Notes under the pieces: generated by a model
The model's input: only the letters and a program-made list of their open reading frames with translations
Told to the model about the DNA's origin: nothing
Databases searched by the model: none
In this document: piece by piece, positions 13,901-26,814 of the stretch
How positions within the stretch are numbered: position 1 is the stretch's first letter
Layout of the letters: each line of letters starts with the position of its first letter
NCBI GenBank assembly: GCA_030141605.1
Contig: JAQGDQ010000080.1
Location: forward strand, 434,001-498,000
Length of the DNA: 64,000 nucleotides
DNA from: Tubiluchus corallicola
Lineage: Eukaryota; Animalia; Priapulida
Reading direction: 5' to 3'
Made by a program: the position numbers and the translations under genes

Positions 13901-14795
13901 TTTGGCTTAATTATTATGAAGGTCACTATGAAATTACTAGCTGTCATGCAATGATTTTTTTTGTATCGTTTTAATTATTTGTTCGACGACGTGATCATTT
14001 GCTTTTAATTAAGTTGCTTATTTTGTTTGAAATGAATCTTGTTACACGTTAATATTACGACAGAAATTAGGTGTTAAAATTACATACAGTGCTGAAAAAG
14101 TGATAATTATTTATGCGATTTAAATAAAATTGTTATTTTAAACTTCGCTATCGGCCCTTTGTATCAGTCTTTTTAATAAGCTACTTTATCATAAGTTTAA
14201 TTCTAACAAATTCTAGATTGCAACAGTGATGATTACAAACAGCACATCCAATGTCTGCATACGGTTTTATTTTCCGAATCATTCGACGCCGATGACAGTT
14301 TATAATTTACAATTCGTTTATTAGTGCGAGAAGAAAAATGCAAAAATTTATACATAAAAACCCACACAACAAAATTGTTAAAATAAAATATAAAAAATAG
14401 TCTCCATTAACACAGGCTGTAGTATCCCTGAGTTATAATTATTACTAAGCAGGTTCAGATCCCAGTCTCATTTTCATAACATAATAATTAGCCATGCAGG
14501 TAAAATAATATTATACCTACTACCTATGTATGATTAGACATGCAAAGTGGTACCACAAGCACACACTTTATAAGAACAGCTATCATACGTATCTTACTAA
14601 TTCACTGCATTACAGGTTATAATAATATACCTGTTTTTATAAACAAAAGGTGCTTCACTATATATGGACTGAAAGGCTATACCATACATATTTGTATGTG
14701 TGTTTTTAGACTTTCCTTTTTAATAATAAACAGTTCAATCGGTTCGAAATTCCTGAAATCACTAGTATCTTCGCCACTATAACTTCTGACTAAAG

Positions 14796-14824
14796 ATATA
14801 TATATATATATATATATATAATAT
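14796..14824. repeat. (TA)n microsatellite
   Basis: Direct reading. Confidence 0.9.
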
Positions 14825-16503
14825 ACATTCTATTCCAAAAAGTTTAGTGGAATGCGCTGTAAGCGAAACTATTTGTGCTAGTATTTCCCTATCGCTGTGT
14901 AATAAAAAATATATGTCTCCTAAAAGTGCGAGTCCCCTATATCCATGCGAGTTCAGAAAGTTAAGTCTCGTTAGTTAACACAAGAATCTGAAAAATGAAA
15001 TAAGCAATTTTTCCCGACCTTATCGTTACCCAATTAACGCCCATCTAACTCGCTATAATTGACTTCGTGAGATAGAAAGGCATTTAGTGTCAGCCATAGT
15101 GCCAATTTTAGATTTCTTTCTAATGCGGAAGGACCAGAAAAGTACAAAGAAGATTGAAAGAAACAATAATATGGCGAAACAATACTCAAAATAAAAATGT
15201 AGAAAAACATGGAATAACCATTGCCCACAAGTGTGCAATGTAAGAATTATTGTTTTTCAGTATTGGCCCTATCCATCAAATAATCGGTCGTAGATTGTCG
15301 GCGTTTGTTCCAATGAATTAAAGGTATTGGTATAGAATTGCGCCTCGTAATCTTTTCGTCGTATGTATAAATGTCATTCTCCCTGCTTTTTCCAAAATTG
15401 TTACCAATTTTTTATATTGTTTCATGCAGTCTTTCTTGTTGTGTGTCAGGAAGTCACTAATTTTCTCTTTTCCAAGATTGTTTTGTTCTATAATTAGTAC
15501 ATACATTCTAGATTTATTTGAACTGAATCTTTACAGAGTTAATATAGCATTAGAAAAACGTTGACTGATTATGAAACTTGAATAGTTTTCAAATTAACAT
15601 GTAACGTAATGTTTTGTCCTATAAATAGCGTACAATTTGTAAAAATGTAGTATGTATAAAACAATACTCAAATAGTCTGTCAGACTGTGGCAGGAATTCC
15701 TTCCATCATGATAAAAAGCTAAAAGGTTTAACTCTTCAGTTATACGAACATTTATTGGTGAAGTCATTTATCCCAGAGGTGAAAGCTTTTTATTATGTTT
15801 TTTTCTATGAACAAATTCTTCTGCTTAGCGCTGTAAATGCTTTGTTATAACAGTTAAAAATAGGATAAAAATAATCTGCAGCTGTTTTCTAACAGTCATG
15901 ATTTCTGTATATATAATTATTTTATACATAGATTTGAGAAATATTTTATTTTAGTAAGACGCATCCGGAAGAAATGTTATAATTGTGCATTTAGTCTTTC
16001 TGGTGCGTTTTACCATCGTCATTACTGAATACGATACAGAGTGCATGGGAGTACAAAAAAAACAACGATTAATATTGCATTCAAAACAGTTTTCTGCATC
16101 GACGTGTTGTTGAAACAATAGAGAATCTAACATGTCCTCAATATAAAAAAACTCGATGAGTTGACTGAGAGAACCCAGCCTGTATTAGCCACCTAGAGTT
16201 GGGCTCTACTCATTTGCTGACTCGAATTGAAGTAAACAAAATTAGTTGTTTCACAAGCTAGGTCTATGTTACAAGGCAGGCTACTTGCCTCAAAACAGCG
16301 TGATACCCAACGTTTGTCTCTGATTTAATAACGTACATCACATTTACAGTAAATTAACCCGTATTTCAAATGAATTGTCCCTACAAAATTAGAAATAAAC
16401 CTAGCGGTTCAAAATTACTTTATGAGTGGTTAACTGGAATATGCGATTCATTGCTATTTATAATTTTTTTCGCAACAAGTTCATATTATTTGTCTACGTT
16501 TAA

Positions 16504-16697
<194 letters not shown>

Positions 16698-16959
16698 AGT
16701 ACACGTATCAGTTTTTCAGATTTACTCGCGCGTAGTGGCGAGCACTACTCTTTCTCTACCAGAAAGAGAATTTCAGCATTTTCGAATCTGAATCGATTCC
16801 CGAATTTCCGAATTTGTTTTAAAGATTTTTGAATCACTAATAAAAAAGCAGTCTCTCAAAAATCATGCATATTACTTGATTCTGTTCTGCTGTAAAAACA
16901 TTAATAATTTAGTGTTAGTACTGATCCTGGGAGTGTTAGTGTTAGTATGATCTGGGGAG

Positions 16960-17450
16960 TATGGCCTTTGAGACAAATAATACATTATGAAAAATTAATG
17001 TGGTACAGAAGTGTCCTGACATCTGAGAATAAAAAGGTGCTATTCAGTATATATGATATTAACATTCCCAGAAGCTACACGAGGGATAAAAAAGTATCTA
17101 AAAGCAGAAGCTGAGAAAAATTGTGATGATATGGCAAAACTGGGCTTTACAAAATATAATGGAAACCGACAACAGTATATGAAATTACTGAATGGAAATT
17201 AAACATGATAAAATTAAAGCATAATTATAAAAATAAGTATCCTTCATGATTTGATGTGTCCACTATGTGTGAAACAGTGATACGATAGAATATCTGTTGG
17301 AATGTGAGGTAGCTAAAAATGTTTGAAATTCACATTGTGAACGAAGAAGATTTTGTTCAGTAAACACGAGCACAAGCACATTAGTAATAGTCAATTCTTG
17401 GATCAGACAAAATTTTTGGAGAAATTATGGGAATCAATGTAGAGGTGTAA
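16960..17450 (+). mobile_element. Decayed non-LTR retrotransposon 3' fragment (C-terminal Cys-rich motif)
   Basis: Broken translation NMIKLKHNYKNKYPS*..LMCPLC....E.LLEC around 17202-17310 resembles the CCHC C-terminus of LINE ORF2. Many stops and frameshifts; boundaries approximate. Confidence 0.5.
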
Positions 17451-17599
17451 GAACAACAGCGTGAGGTGATACAATTTTCGTTTTGGTTTGCTACTTTATG
17501 ATGTGTATCTACAGCCACTGTGAATTACCTGTCTGTTTCATACTTCCCTAACGTTACCTGGATTTGGCGTGTTGCTGAGCTGGAATCAAACGACAAAAA

Positions 17600-18700
17600 A
17601 TGCGTCGGCTAATGAAGGTTTCTCACACTGCTGAACTTGTACCTACTTTTCACATTTTGCAATAATATTATTACAATGTTACTAAAGGATTAAGCTTACT
17701 GTAAAAGTTGGGAACACCTTAGGAATAACTTTAGCACGAATATTGGGGTCCCCCAGGGGACTGTCTTAGTTCAATACTTTCACGCTCTACCTAGCAAATG
17801 CACTTTAAGATCCACACTCTTCCAAGTGATGATCATCATTACGATACCACTGTCTATGATAACCTTCCTCAACATATTCTGGATCACTCCTACCCTTGCT
17901 TAGGAATCCTATGAACCATTCCTTATTGATCAACAATATGCAGGTGATATAGGATGGATTAGTGTATCAAATTAGTGTAATAAAAAGGGGTTTTCAAAAA
18001 AAAGCTAGAGAAAGGAAATCTGCAAGGAAACCAGTCAGAAACAGAAGAATATATTATTGCAAGAGCTGGTAACCAGTCTAGGAAAAAGTGCAAGTACATG
18101 GGCACTTTTCTAAACCACAATAACTGAAGATGCAACAAGCAATGTATGATTTTCTTCAGCACAAGAATGTATTAACTAGCAAGAAATTAATTCTTAATGT
18201 AAGATTATTTAATGCTTACGTTACCAGCGTATTTATGTACAATAACGAAACTTGGGGTTTACCAATTACTCAGGAAAAGCAGATTGACACATTTCATAGA
18301 AGTCTTATTGGGAAAGTTTTAAAGATAAGATGGTCATACATAATCAAAAATGAAGATGTATACACCAGAACAAAGGAAATTTATTGGAGTTCAAAATTCA
18401 AGATCCGAAGATTAAGATGACTAGGATTTCTTCCAAGATTACCAAATGAAGCACCAGTAGGAATCACCTTAAAGGAAGCCTTAAAACCTTGCAAAAAACC
18501 ACCTGGTAAACCTAAAACAACATGGATAGTTAAGATAAATAAAGATATTCAACAACTTCAACCAAATCTATCTTTAGGAGTAGAAGAACTTACGCTGTTA
18601 GCTGCAGATAGAAGTGGGGGAATGCTCTAATAAATGTTGATAACTCAATGCCTAAAATTGGTGGAATGAGATTTTGAAGAAGAATGAAAATGATGACAAA
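17600..18700 (+). mobile_element. Decayed LINE (RTE-like) reverse transcriptase, 3' portion
   Basis: NIGVPQG at about 17739; degenerate YADD (QYAGD) at about 17934; KCKYMG; RLFNAYVTSVFMYNNETW..IDTFHRSLIGKVLKIRWS..IKNEDVY.RTK...RRLR(W)LG..RLP. Frameshifted, ending in a GAA-rich tail. Confidence 0.85.
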
Positions 18701-18944
18701 AAAGATTAGCTAGCTATTTTTTAGATCAGTTTTTACATATGCTATCTAGAATTTTATGAAAGCAGGGTAATTTCTATTTGCCGTAACACACTGTTGGGTA
18801 TAGGCATAGCAAGCATTAACATTCACCGTTAGGTACCAGATAGAGGTAGATTAATATACATAGATAACTGATTTAGTAGTTTCTTTCATGGGAGGGATAT
18901 CAGTGGTCCATGGGGATGCTAAGATAGTAAATTACCTCTAATTA

Positions 18945-19206
18945 ACTAGGTTGGACGTTCGCGCTTGCGTGTCATCCAGTGTACTATCTCACCTTGTACC
19001 ACTTCGGTGTGTACTGGTTGGTGCCTTGCTGTGCACTGTAATCCATAACTCCCATGTCACTTCACTGTCGGTATGCTGCGCCACATTGCAGTACATTACA
19101 CCAAGGTACACGGTGAAGTGGTATGTGGCACTATGCTACATGGTGAGGCATTACACGGCACCAGCAGTACCAGAGATGTCGAGCGAGCACAAACATCCCA
19201 CTTAGT
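18945..19206. mobile_element. GC-rich fold-back element / MITE with imperfect terminal inverted repeats
   Basis: Left ACTAGGTTGGACGTTCGCGCTTGC versus reverse complement of right end ACTAAGTGGGATGTTTGTGCTCGC. Internal CACCTTGTA/TACCACTTC complement TACATGGTG/GAAGTGGTA. Confidence 0.55.
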
Positions 19207-20210
19207 ATTCTGAGGCAGCAACTAATGCATGTCAGTTGGATCACACTTATTTATTAATTTAGGGATTATGAATAAACTTTTCAATGGTGGTATTCACACT
19301 GCATCACTTCAGCCAGCTAAGACTCTCGTCAAGTTTTCATTTTTTAAATGCTAGTCAAAAGCAAATGTGAAATTTCAGCCGTGTAAATTGTAAACAATTA
19401 TTCCAAACTCAGATTTTGATGTTAAGAACTGTTATTTTAGTATTAGATTTTAGTTATTTCCAAGGGTGTTGTGAACTTATTTGGTCATTTCCAAGTCAGA
19501 CTTGGGTGTTAAGTATTTTTATTACTATTGTGTTTAACACCTTATGCATTCATAGTGATTATAAAGACCTTGTTATAATATACCTTAATAAAATGCTTGA
19601 TGGGCGTGGACATACTTGTTCAGAAGTGCATTTGATGCTGATAAATTGTGCACTTCTGGGAATACATCAATTGTAAGCCAAAATGATGATCGGGCATTAA
19701 ACCGAGTAACATGGATATTCCGACAATTATGTATTTAAAATGAAGTAAACAGTTTCATTCAATTACATGTAGTCGTCAACTTAGGACCACAATCGGTTCT
19801 GGCGGATTGGTCACAAGACGACTCGGATGCAAGTCTGACTCTTAAGTTCAAGTGGTGCATCCCTATTGCGTGCTACATCTGCTACAGATGAATTTATCAA
19901 AACAGCTAATAATTTAAAATTAATTTTCTTAAAAAGAAGGAAGTGTGATTATTATTAGTTTTGTTTGAATTGATTAAGTTTTGGTCATGTCATAAAGTCA
20001 AACATTTATAAGTTGCTTATGCCAAAAGTCGATGACTGCCTGTATTTAGTTATCGATGCCTCTTCCTTCAGTCTGTTATTAACAAAAATGAAATTAGCAC
20101 TTAGCGCAACAATTTTCAGTAAGGAGCAGAACAACATATGTTGTAAACGTCATAGTAATCAAATCCATACACTTTACTACAGTGACTTAATAGCAAATAA
20201 TGGAGCACGC

Positions 20211-20664
20211 TAAGGCTGAGATAGTTAACCGTTTAAACATTTCACTAATTGCTAACTGGTGTAACCATTTAGAAAATTACTAATCGTTTGACCCTTACTT
20301 AGCCAAGTTTTCTACATATCCATATTAATGAAAGTTTGTATCTTTTCTGAGTTAGTGTACGTAGTTAGCAATATTCCACTTACATAAAGTGGTACTGTTT
20401 TTACAACATTGTTTCAATTAATCTGGTTGCCTGGGAAGCATCTAAAGTTGTAAACGGTAAATTGCAAAAAGTTTTTCACTCGCGTATGTTACAGGGGTGC
20501 TGCCATGTTGGACATAATTGCTCGCGCATGCTAGATTTGAATCGCACCACTTATTCGAACAAGGAATGAATGTATGAGATCATCGGGAATGGTAAAAACG
20601 GTTAACCTACCACAATTAATAACATTTAATCGGTTAGTTGAAAAGCCTAACCATCTCAGCCCTG
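20211..20664. mobile_element. hAT-like MITE
   Basis: TIRs TAAGGCTGAGATAGTTA / TAACCATCTCAGCCCTG; 8-bp flanking direct repeats GAGCACGC / GAGCACAT; subterminal TTAACCG-like repeats. Confidence 0.75.
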
Positions 20665-22482
20665 GAGCACATGTGCACTTTATGCAGTGAAAGCTGCTCA
20701 CGACTCAACAGTGCTGACCCAAAAGTTTCCACATAATTAGAAAAAGCATCGCTTTTAATCCATGTGTTTTGCTTTTATGGTGGATTTTAATTCCATTGCA
20801 TAGTGTGAATGAATATGATATATCATCTGTCATGTCAGCCCGCATGATAATTTCTTTAATGTAAAGCTTTGCTGTGCAGCTCCACCCACACCTACGAGTA
20901 TATTTCTTATTCAGCTTATTTGTTAGACAATCATTGTTGTGAGGAACTGATGAACTAAAGCTATCTGGAGAGGTGTGTGGATTTGGACATATGTTGAAAA
21001 AATTGTTTGAAGCAAGGATTATAGCCACATGGTCATGGTCCCAGTAACTAAATGGATTGGTGTTTAGGCTAGTGGTGCGCAGTTAATCAATAATGATTTG
21101 TAACTCAATTTTTTTCATTGGCGATTTATCTACTGAGCACTTTTTGTTCCTTCTTCAATCAACTGACTACGATGATTAACTGACGGTAGTTACATCTTCC
21201 CTACCCACCATTTTACAATGTTTGTAATCTAGTTTGTTGCAAAGCTACTAACTAATTGCTGACTTTAGTCTGTTGCTCAATACTGTATACATGCATTATG
21301 ATATGACCCGGTTGGTGACTTATCACTGTGCTACATTTATAGAGAGCCTTTATATTAGCCAGTGCACCACTGCCATAGAAGCAATCAGTTAGTATCGAAA
21401 TATTATTTTAATATATAATAATAAAGTGCTGCAGAAGGCATTGAAATAAATTCTTTTGATCGAGCAGGATCGTGGTTCTAGAATGAAAATAGTGTCATAT
21501 GAGACATCGGTGAAGTAAAAATTACAATTTTAGGATTGTTGTAAAAGTTGCAACGGCTTGGAATTTTAAACTTGTGCACAATTTTAGATACAATATATCT
21601 TTTTTGTTTTTGAATGCTATTTACTATTTTTCAGCTGTCCCAATGTAGACTATTAGACCAATGTGTGAAAACAATCTACTATTGAGTTTGCCAAAGCATC
21701 CATTTAAAGGCGAGACATGATTCATTCTATACAATTAGTGCTTAAACTTTTGCTTCAAAACTACCGACTAAGTCGAATATGGTTAATCAAATTAACTCGA
21801 GTTGCATTTTTGTGAATACTTTGGTTATACTGTTTCTGGATAACTATTTCTTTCACTAATGAGACAAGTCAGGGTATATGCTGATGATGAAGTCAGGCAT
21901 CGCTGTACCTGGTGCATAAATGCGTAATTGACTGCCAAACATGTTCATATGGCAACTGCCAACAGCAACGTGTTTGCTAAGGTTGTATGCTCATTTGGAT
22001 TTGATTATCGCTTTACTATCTGGTTTTAGGACATTTCTTGGTAATGAGCTACGTCTCAGCCTCATTTCAATCATTCAACGTACTTGTCCTTGAGTGCTGC
22101 AAAGTGCTTAACATTTTTTGAATGTATACACATTTAAGAGGTCTACATTCCTAAATATGTGTTAAAATAACTTATAGCATTTTGTTAACTTTGAAAATTT
22201 CGTTTTTTAAGTGTGCCTTTTGCCAATTTGCTTCCCACTTACAATTTGAATGGTCTGTGTCTCTTCTATGGCAACTACCTAGCTACTTTGTGATGATTTT
22301 TGCCATTTTTATCAGTAATGATTGTAATTCTTTTAAAAATGATTAAATGTTAGAATCCATCTTGGATTGCATTGTGTAACTATTTTGCCTTTCTCCATTT
22401 TATCATTAAACATTGAATGGATGTCATTGAATTTACCTGCTTTTTATAGTTAAATTTTGTATTTGAAGGACCTTAAATAAAG

Positions 22483-25400
22483 ATGTTGCACTACGTTTGC
22501 ATTTCCCGAATGGAGGATGGACTTCCTCTTTCTGCAACAACAGATTTAAATCCGTCTTCAAGCATAATAGACAGCCAGAAGTGTGCGAAGATTTTGCTGA
22601 GAAAAGCTTTTATGTATCCAGACAGACTATCTCTTGAAACGCACAGCCATTTAATATAGTTTGTATTGCTTTGTATATAAAGTCTCATCATGTAGCAAAA
22701 TGGTGCAATTAGTGCATTGACATAGTTAATTTATGTACATTTTCACAAAGTTGATTCTAATGCAAGTGTAACTTTTAGCAATGTTTGTAAAGGAGAAAAT
22801 TGAAAAAAGTGTAGGTAAACAGCTTATGTATTTTGCTAAATTTAAAAATTTCATTTTTTCCAAGACGTGCAGTGCTGAATTTTCTGGTTTTACTTTTTCG
22901 TGCTCATTGCTCTGCTTATTCAAATGCCTCTTTCTACAATGTCAAGTCACTTTGAAATGCCTAAGTTAGCACTGTCACTTTTACCTTGCATTTATTAACT
23001 AATAATGTAAGCTATGCCCTTCAGTTATCATTAAGGTCATAGCTTACATCATGTTATTAGGCAAATAACCTAAATGATATTAGTGATACTAAATGATAAT
23101 AACCTAAGTGATATTAGATGAGAAGACCTTTTCTTTACTATAGCATGGTTTCATCAATGAGTACGAGCTTTCTGGTGCTGTGTGATAAAGATTATCCACC
23201 AGTTCTTGCCTTTTGCTTTCTCGATGAAATAGTGAAGGAATTTCTGTTACAGTATTCTCCAGACAAGATTCGCAAACTTCATCGGCCTTACTCTCTTATT
23301 GACTTTGGTAACATTAATTTCCAAAGTTTGTGTCTAACTTAATGTTTTAGTCGAGATATTCTTTCCATATTGATGTTGTTGAAATTTAATTGTTTCTCCT
23401 TAATCTGGTAAATGTAGTCTGCATTGTGTGGATTTTATCACTGCTTTATTTGTAATATCCCTTATCATTAGACCAATTAATATACTTACCAGTACTTGTT
23501 CTACAATTTTGAAAGTATTAGCGTTTCAAAAGTTAAATTGCCTGCCAAAAATGTGTAACTAGTGAATTATTGCCAAAAACAAAGACATTAATTATTTGTA
23601 TTTTTTTGTATGTAGATACAACTATGCACAAGCTTAAGCAGCGGTATAACAATCCCCATTCACTTGCAACTCGCATCAATTTATCTGATATGTCGACTGA
23701 GTTGAAACTACGCCCTCCATTTCAGTTAGTTCAGGATGATATCCAGCCTTGTAGGAATGGACCATCAAATAATTATGCTCAAGCTGTGTGTCAGGTCAAA
23801 ATGCCATGTAAATATCTCATTTAATGCTTTGTTTATTTTGCAAATATTAATACATTATAAATAAAGTGAATTTGTGCAGAAAATAGGGTGTTCGGTGGAT
23901 GTTGTCACGATGTCACAATCCCAACTCTGAACCTTGATCTAGAAGTTTTCGCAAATTCCGAACCCCGTTCTTGAATATTTAATCCCGTCCTGACCCGACC
24001 CCTAAGTTTAACTTTAATGAGCTCTTTACCAAGTTATCCGTAGCTTAAATTTTGTGATAAAATATTTTTCATTAAAATTCTACTGAAATTCCATACCCAC
24101 ATCATTTGTATGCTAAGATTCCATTATTTTTAAACGTCTTATAAGCTGTTTAAGTAGTAGCATGTAAGTAAGAACATGATTATTTTTCACTGTGCATACA
24201 GAGAAAGTGCATTCAGTCATTTGGTAATGTGACCAATTTATTGTGGTGGGTCATGTCAATGGTGTGTGTAATTTAACATTAGTGTTAGAGCAATATATGC
24301 AACATGAAAGTTGTATAAAAGTGTGAGACTGTCTAACGGTAATATTTCATGTTATATTTCAATTAGTATTACCAGTATTTATCCTATCTGAAATGTACTT
24401 GGGTAACTAATACTGCTTAGTCAATGCATAATTCTTTCTAACAATTATTTTACTGTTAGTGGATTACATTTAGTTACCAAAGTTAGCCTGCTGGAGATGA
24501 AATCACAAACTTACAGCAGCTGGGCGAATCATGTTTGCATTATCGAAATATTGTTAAGTTAGAGTTTAACTTGTAGAAGTGAGAGACAAAGAAAGAAATA
24601 ATTCGCTGTAATTTTCTTATCTCGGATTACTGGTAGTCAAACATATAAAACCCAAATCCCTAAAATCCCCAAACATTGATCCTGCCCTCTTCATTCTGAG
24701 CACTAAAAAATACCAACCTCGAACTTGATTTGTGCCTGGAAACCATGATCTCAAACCGTTGATCCTGACCTCAACCCCAGTTACTTTTAGCACAAAATAG
24801 TTGAACTTGCAGCAGACTCTGCTCAACTACATATGTGCACTAAGTAATTTAAATACCTGAAAAGAGATGTCTTTCTGAAAAAACTGCAGGTTAATTTCTT
24901 TCATTGTGAACTGCAGCACAAGACTCCTTTTGCGTTTTTGACTGATTTATAGTAAATTAAAACTTTAATTATGTTGTTCTTCTAGTTTCATATCAACATT
25001 TCCACGAACTGTGTTGGGTTGAGAGAATCTTGTTAGCACTGCTAACTATTTGTGGCTTTTTAAATCTTGTGCGAGGAGTTATGACTGCTTCTGATAATTA
25101 CATAGATGTATGTAAATTTTTCTTTTATTGCATTTATTTTATTTGATATGTAAACATAATACTTAATTGAAAATAAGCAAAACTAAAAATTAAGAGCTTG
25201 CAAATTTAATTCCACCACTGGTACTCTACCCCAGGCCTTCTGCAACTCATGGAGCTAATGAACAACTGCTTTAAATTATTACTAAATACTAATAAACTGA
25301 TATACTTGGTTTGCAATTACTGCATGTAGTTTGCTGCATGTTAGTATTATGTAAATTTTGGAAAGGCATAAGCTAGCTTCTAATAACAGTCACTAGAAAA

Positions 25401-26814
25401 TGATTGAAAAGTTATTATAAAGTTATTACTGTCTTATTTTTGTTATTTCTTAATATAAGTCCTATTTTGCTAAGGTAGAAACAAATTTCTTGGTTATGTC
25501 AACATGATCTCAGTGTGTATTTTTTATATTTTTTTGCAGGACATTAATCGCAGTAGTTATACGTACAGCATAGTTTTTCTAATAACTGGAACTGGGTTTC
25601 TGCATCAGGTAAAAAACTTTGGAATTAACTAATAATACAAGCTGTTTATTTCTGATGTATAATTTAATGTCCATACATCCAAATACCTGCATGATAAAGG
25701 TGTGATGCATAAATTTCTGAATACTATCTACATCATAGATTCCTTAGTTTATGCACACTGGCTTGCCTTATGTGCAGCAAGCTCAAAAATCCCATATCAC
25801 TGAAATCTGTCACCTGATTTGAGTAATGAACTGTCATCATTGCTCTTCAAGTGTACGACAAATGACACTAGCACAATAAAAACTGAAAGCTTGAAGTGAA
25901 AATCAGACATAATCGTAAAAATTTGACAGTATTTTTTTTAAGAAAGGAAGAGTTATTTGACATAAGGAGTTAAGGAAAGAAAAGACTAATATATAGGACA
26001 CCTGACAAATGCATCAGACTGACATAAGAGGATTAATTGAGAATTTAGCAAGTTGGAGTTCTTGACATTCTACGGCCATACAGAAAAAGGAGCAGGTAGG
26101 AAGTTCTGCAAAGGAGTCACTCAGGCAAAGTTGTGACAAGTAAACCAAATGTGATAAGCTGTATTATCAAAATCAAGACTGATGTCATAAAAACAAGAGA
26201 ATGAGTTTATTTTATTACTAAACAAAAGTGCTACTTAGTGGCTGGTGTTTGCTCGCTGTTTTAAGCCAGTTGTGACTGTTGTGTGGCATGTCCGACAAAA
26301 GCGGTTAAATTTTGCTGACTGATTGTTGCTTTGGCTCGCCTGAATGCCAGATTCTTTTATACTAAAGTATGACAATTCTATGATATTTAAAACAAGACTG
26401 TAGCAGCCAACTGCTTAGTCTGTAGTGCAATTATTCAGATATTCGCTGATTGGATTTTTACATGCTGACAGCCGCCCATGAGTTTGATAATCCAGGGTGA
26501 AAGCCCTGAGTGAACTATTTAAAAACTCAGAACATGGTACTCAGAATAAACTTGAAACTTGAATGAATGTTATGAGATTTGCTGGCTGTTAGTTATTTTA
26601 ATTTTCCTTTCAGATATATATTCTGCTGTGTCATACAAAATGGAGAATTTTGTTTGCCGTCTGTGATCTACTTTTCATATGTTTGTGTCATTTATTTCTC
26701 TACAAATTACGCACTTCATTCCAAATTCTTTTTCACGTTGGCATTGCAAGTGCAGGCACATTTGCTGTATTACGACGAGCACTGAAACCAAAACAGCCTC
26801 ACTATAATGTTTGA
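22483..26814 (+). CDS. SEC22A: Vesicle-trafficking protein SEC22A/C-type (longin domain plus multiple C-terminal transmembrane helices, no SNARE motif)
   Basis: Exons 22483-22658, 23144-23307, 23616-23807, 24986-25107, 25540-25608, 26614-26814, all GT-AG (924 nt, 307 aa). Motifs R..DGLPLSATTD, YP.VLAF.FLDE..KEF, RPY..IDFD, KQRYNNP.SL.T.INLSDM.TE.KLRPP, CG.LNL.RG and C-terminal P.Y.V match vertebrate SEC22A as recalled. Confidence 0.9.
23884..24790. mobile_element. Degenerate DNA-transposon remnant (hAT-like subterminal ACCCGA/ATCCC repeats) in SEC22A intron 3
   Basis: Starts TAGGGTGTTCGG; clusters of aatccc/acccg/aaccc repeats at 23915-24003 and 24620-24780. No clean TIR pair. Confidence 0.35.

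Noticed and set aside
14400-14470. tRNA-like T-loop GGTTCAGATCCC
   Set aside because: No cloverleaf or A-box can be built; at most a SINE relic.
19683-19840. C/D snoRNA candidate (ATGATGA ... CTGA)
   Set aside because: Boxes are too far apart, there is no terminal stem, and no host intron is established.
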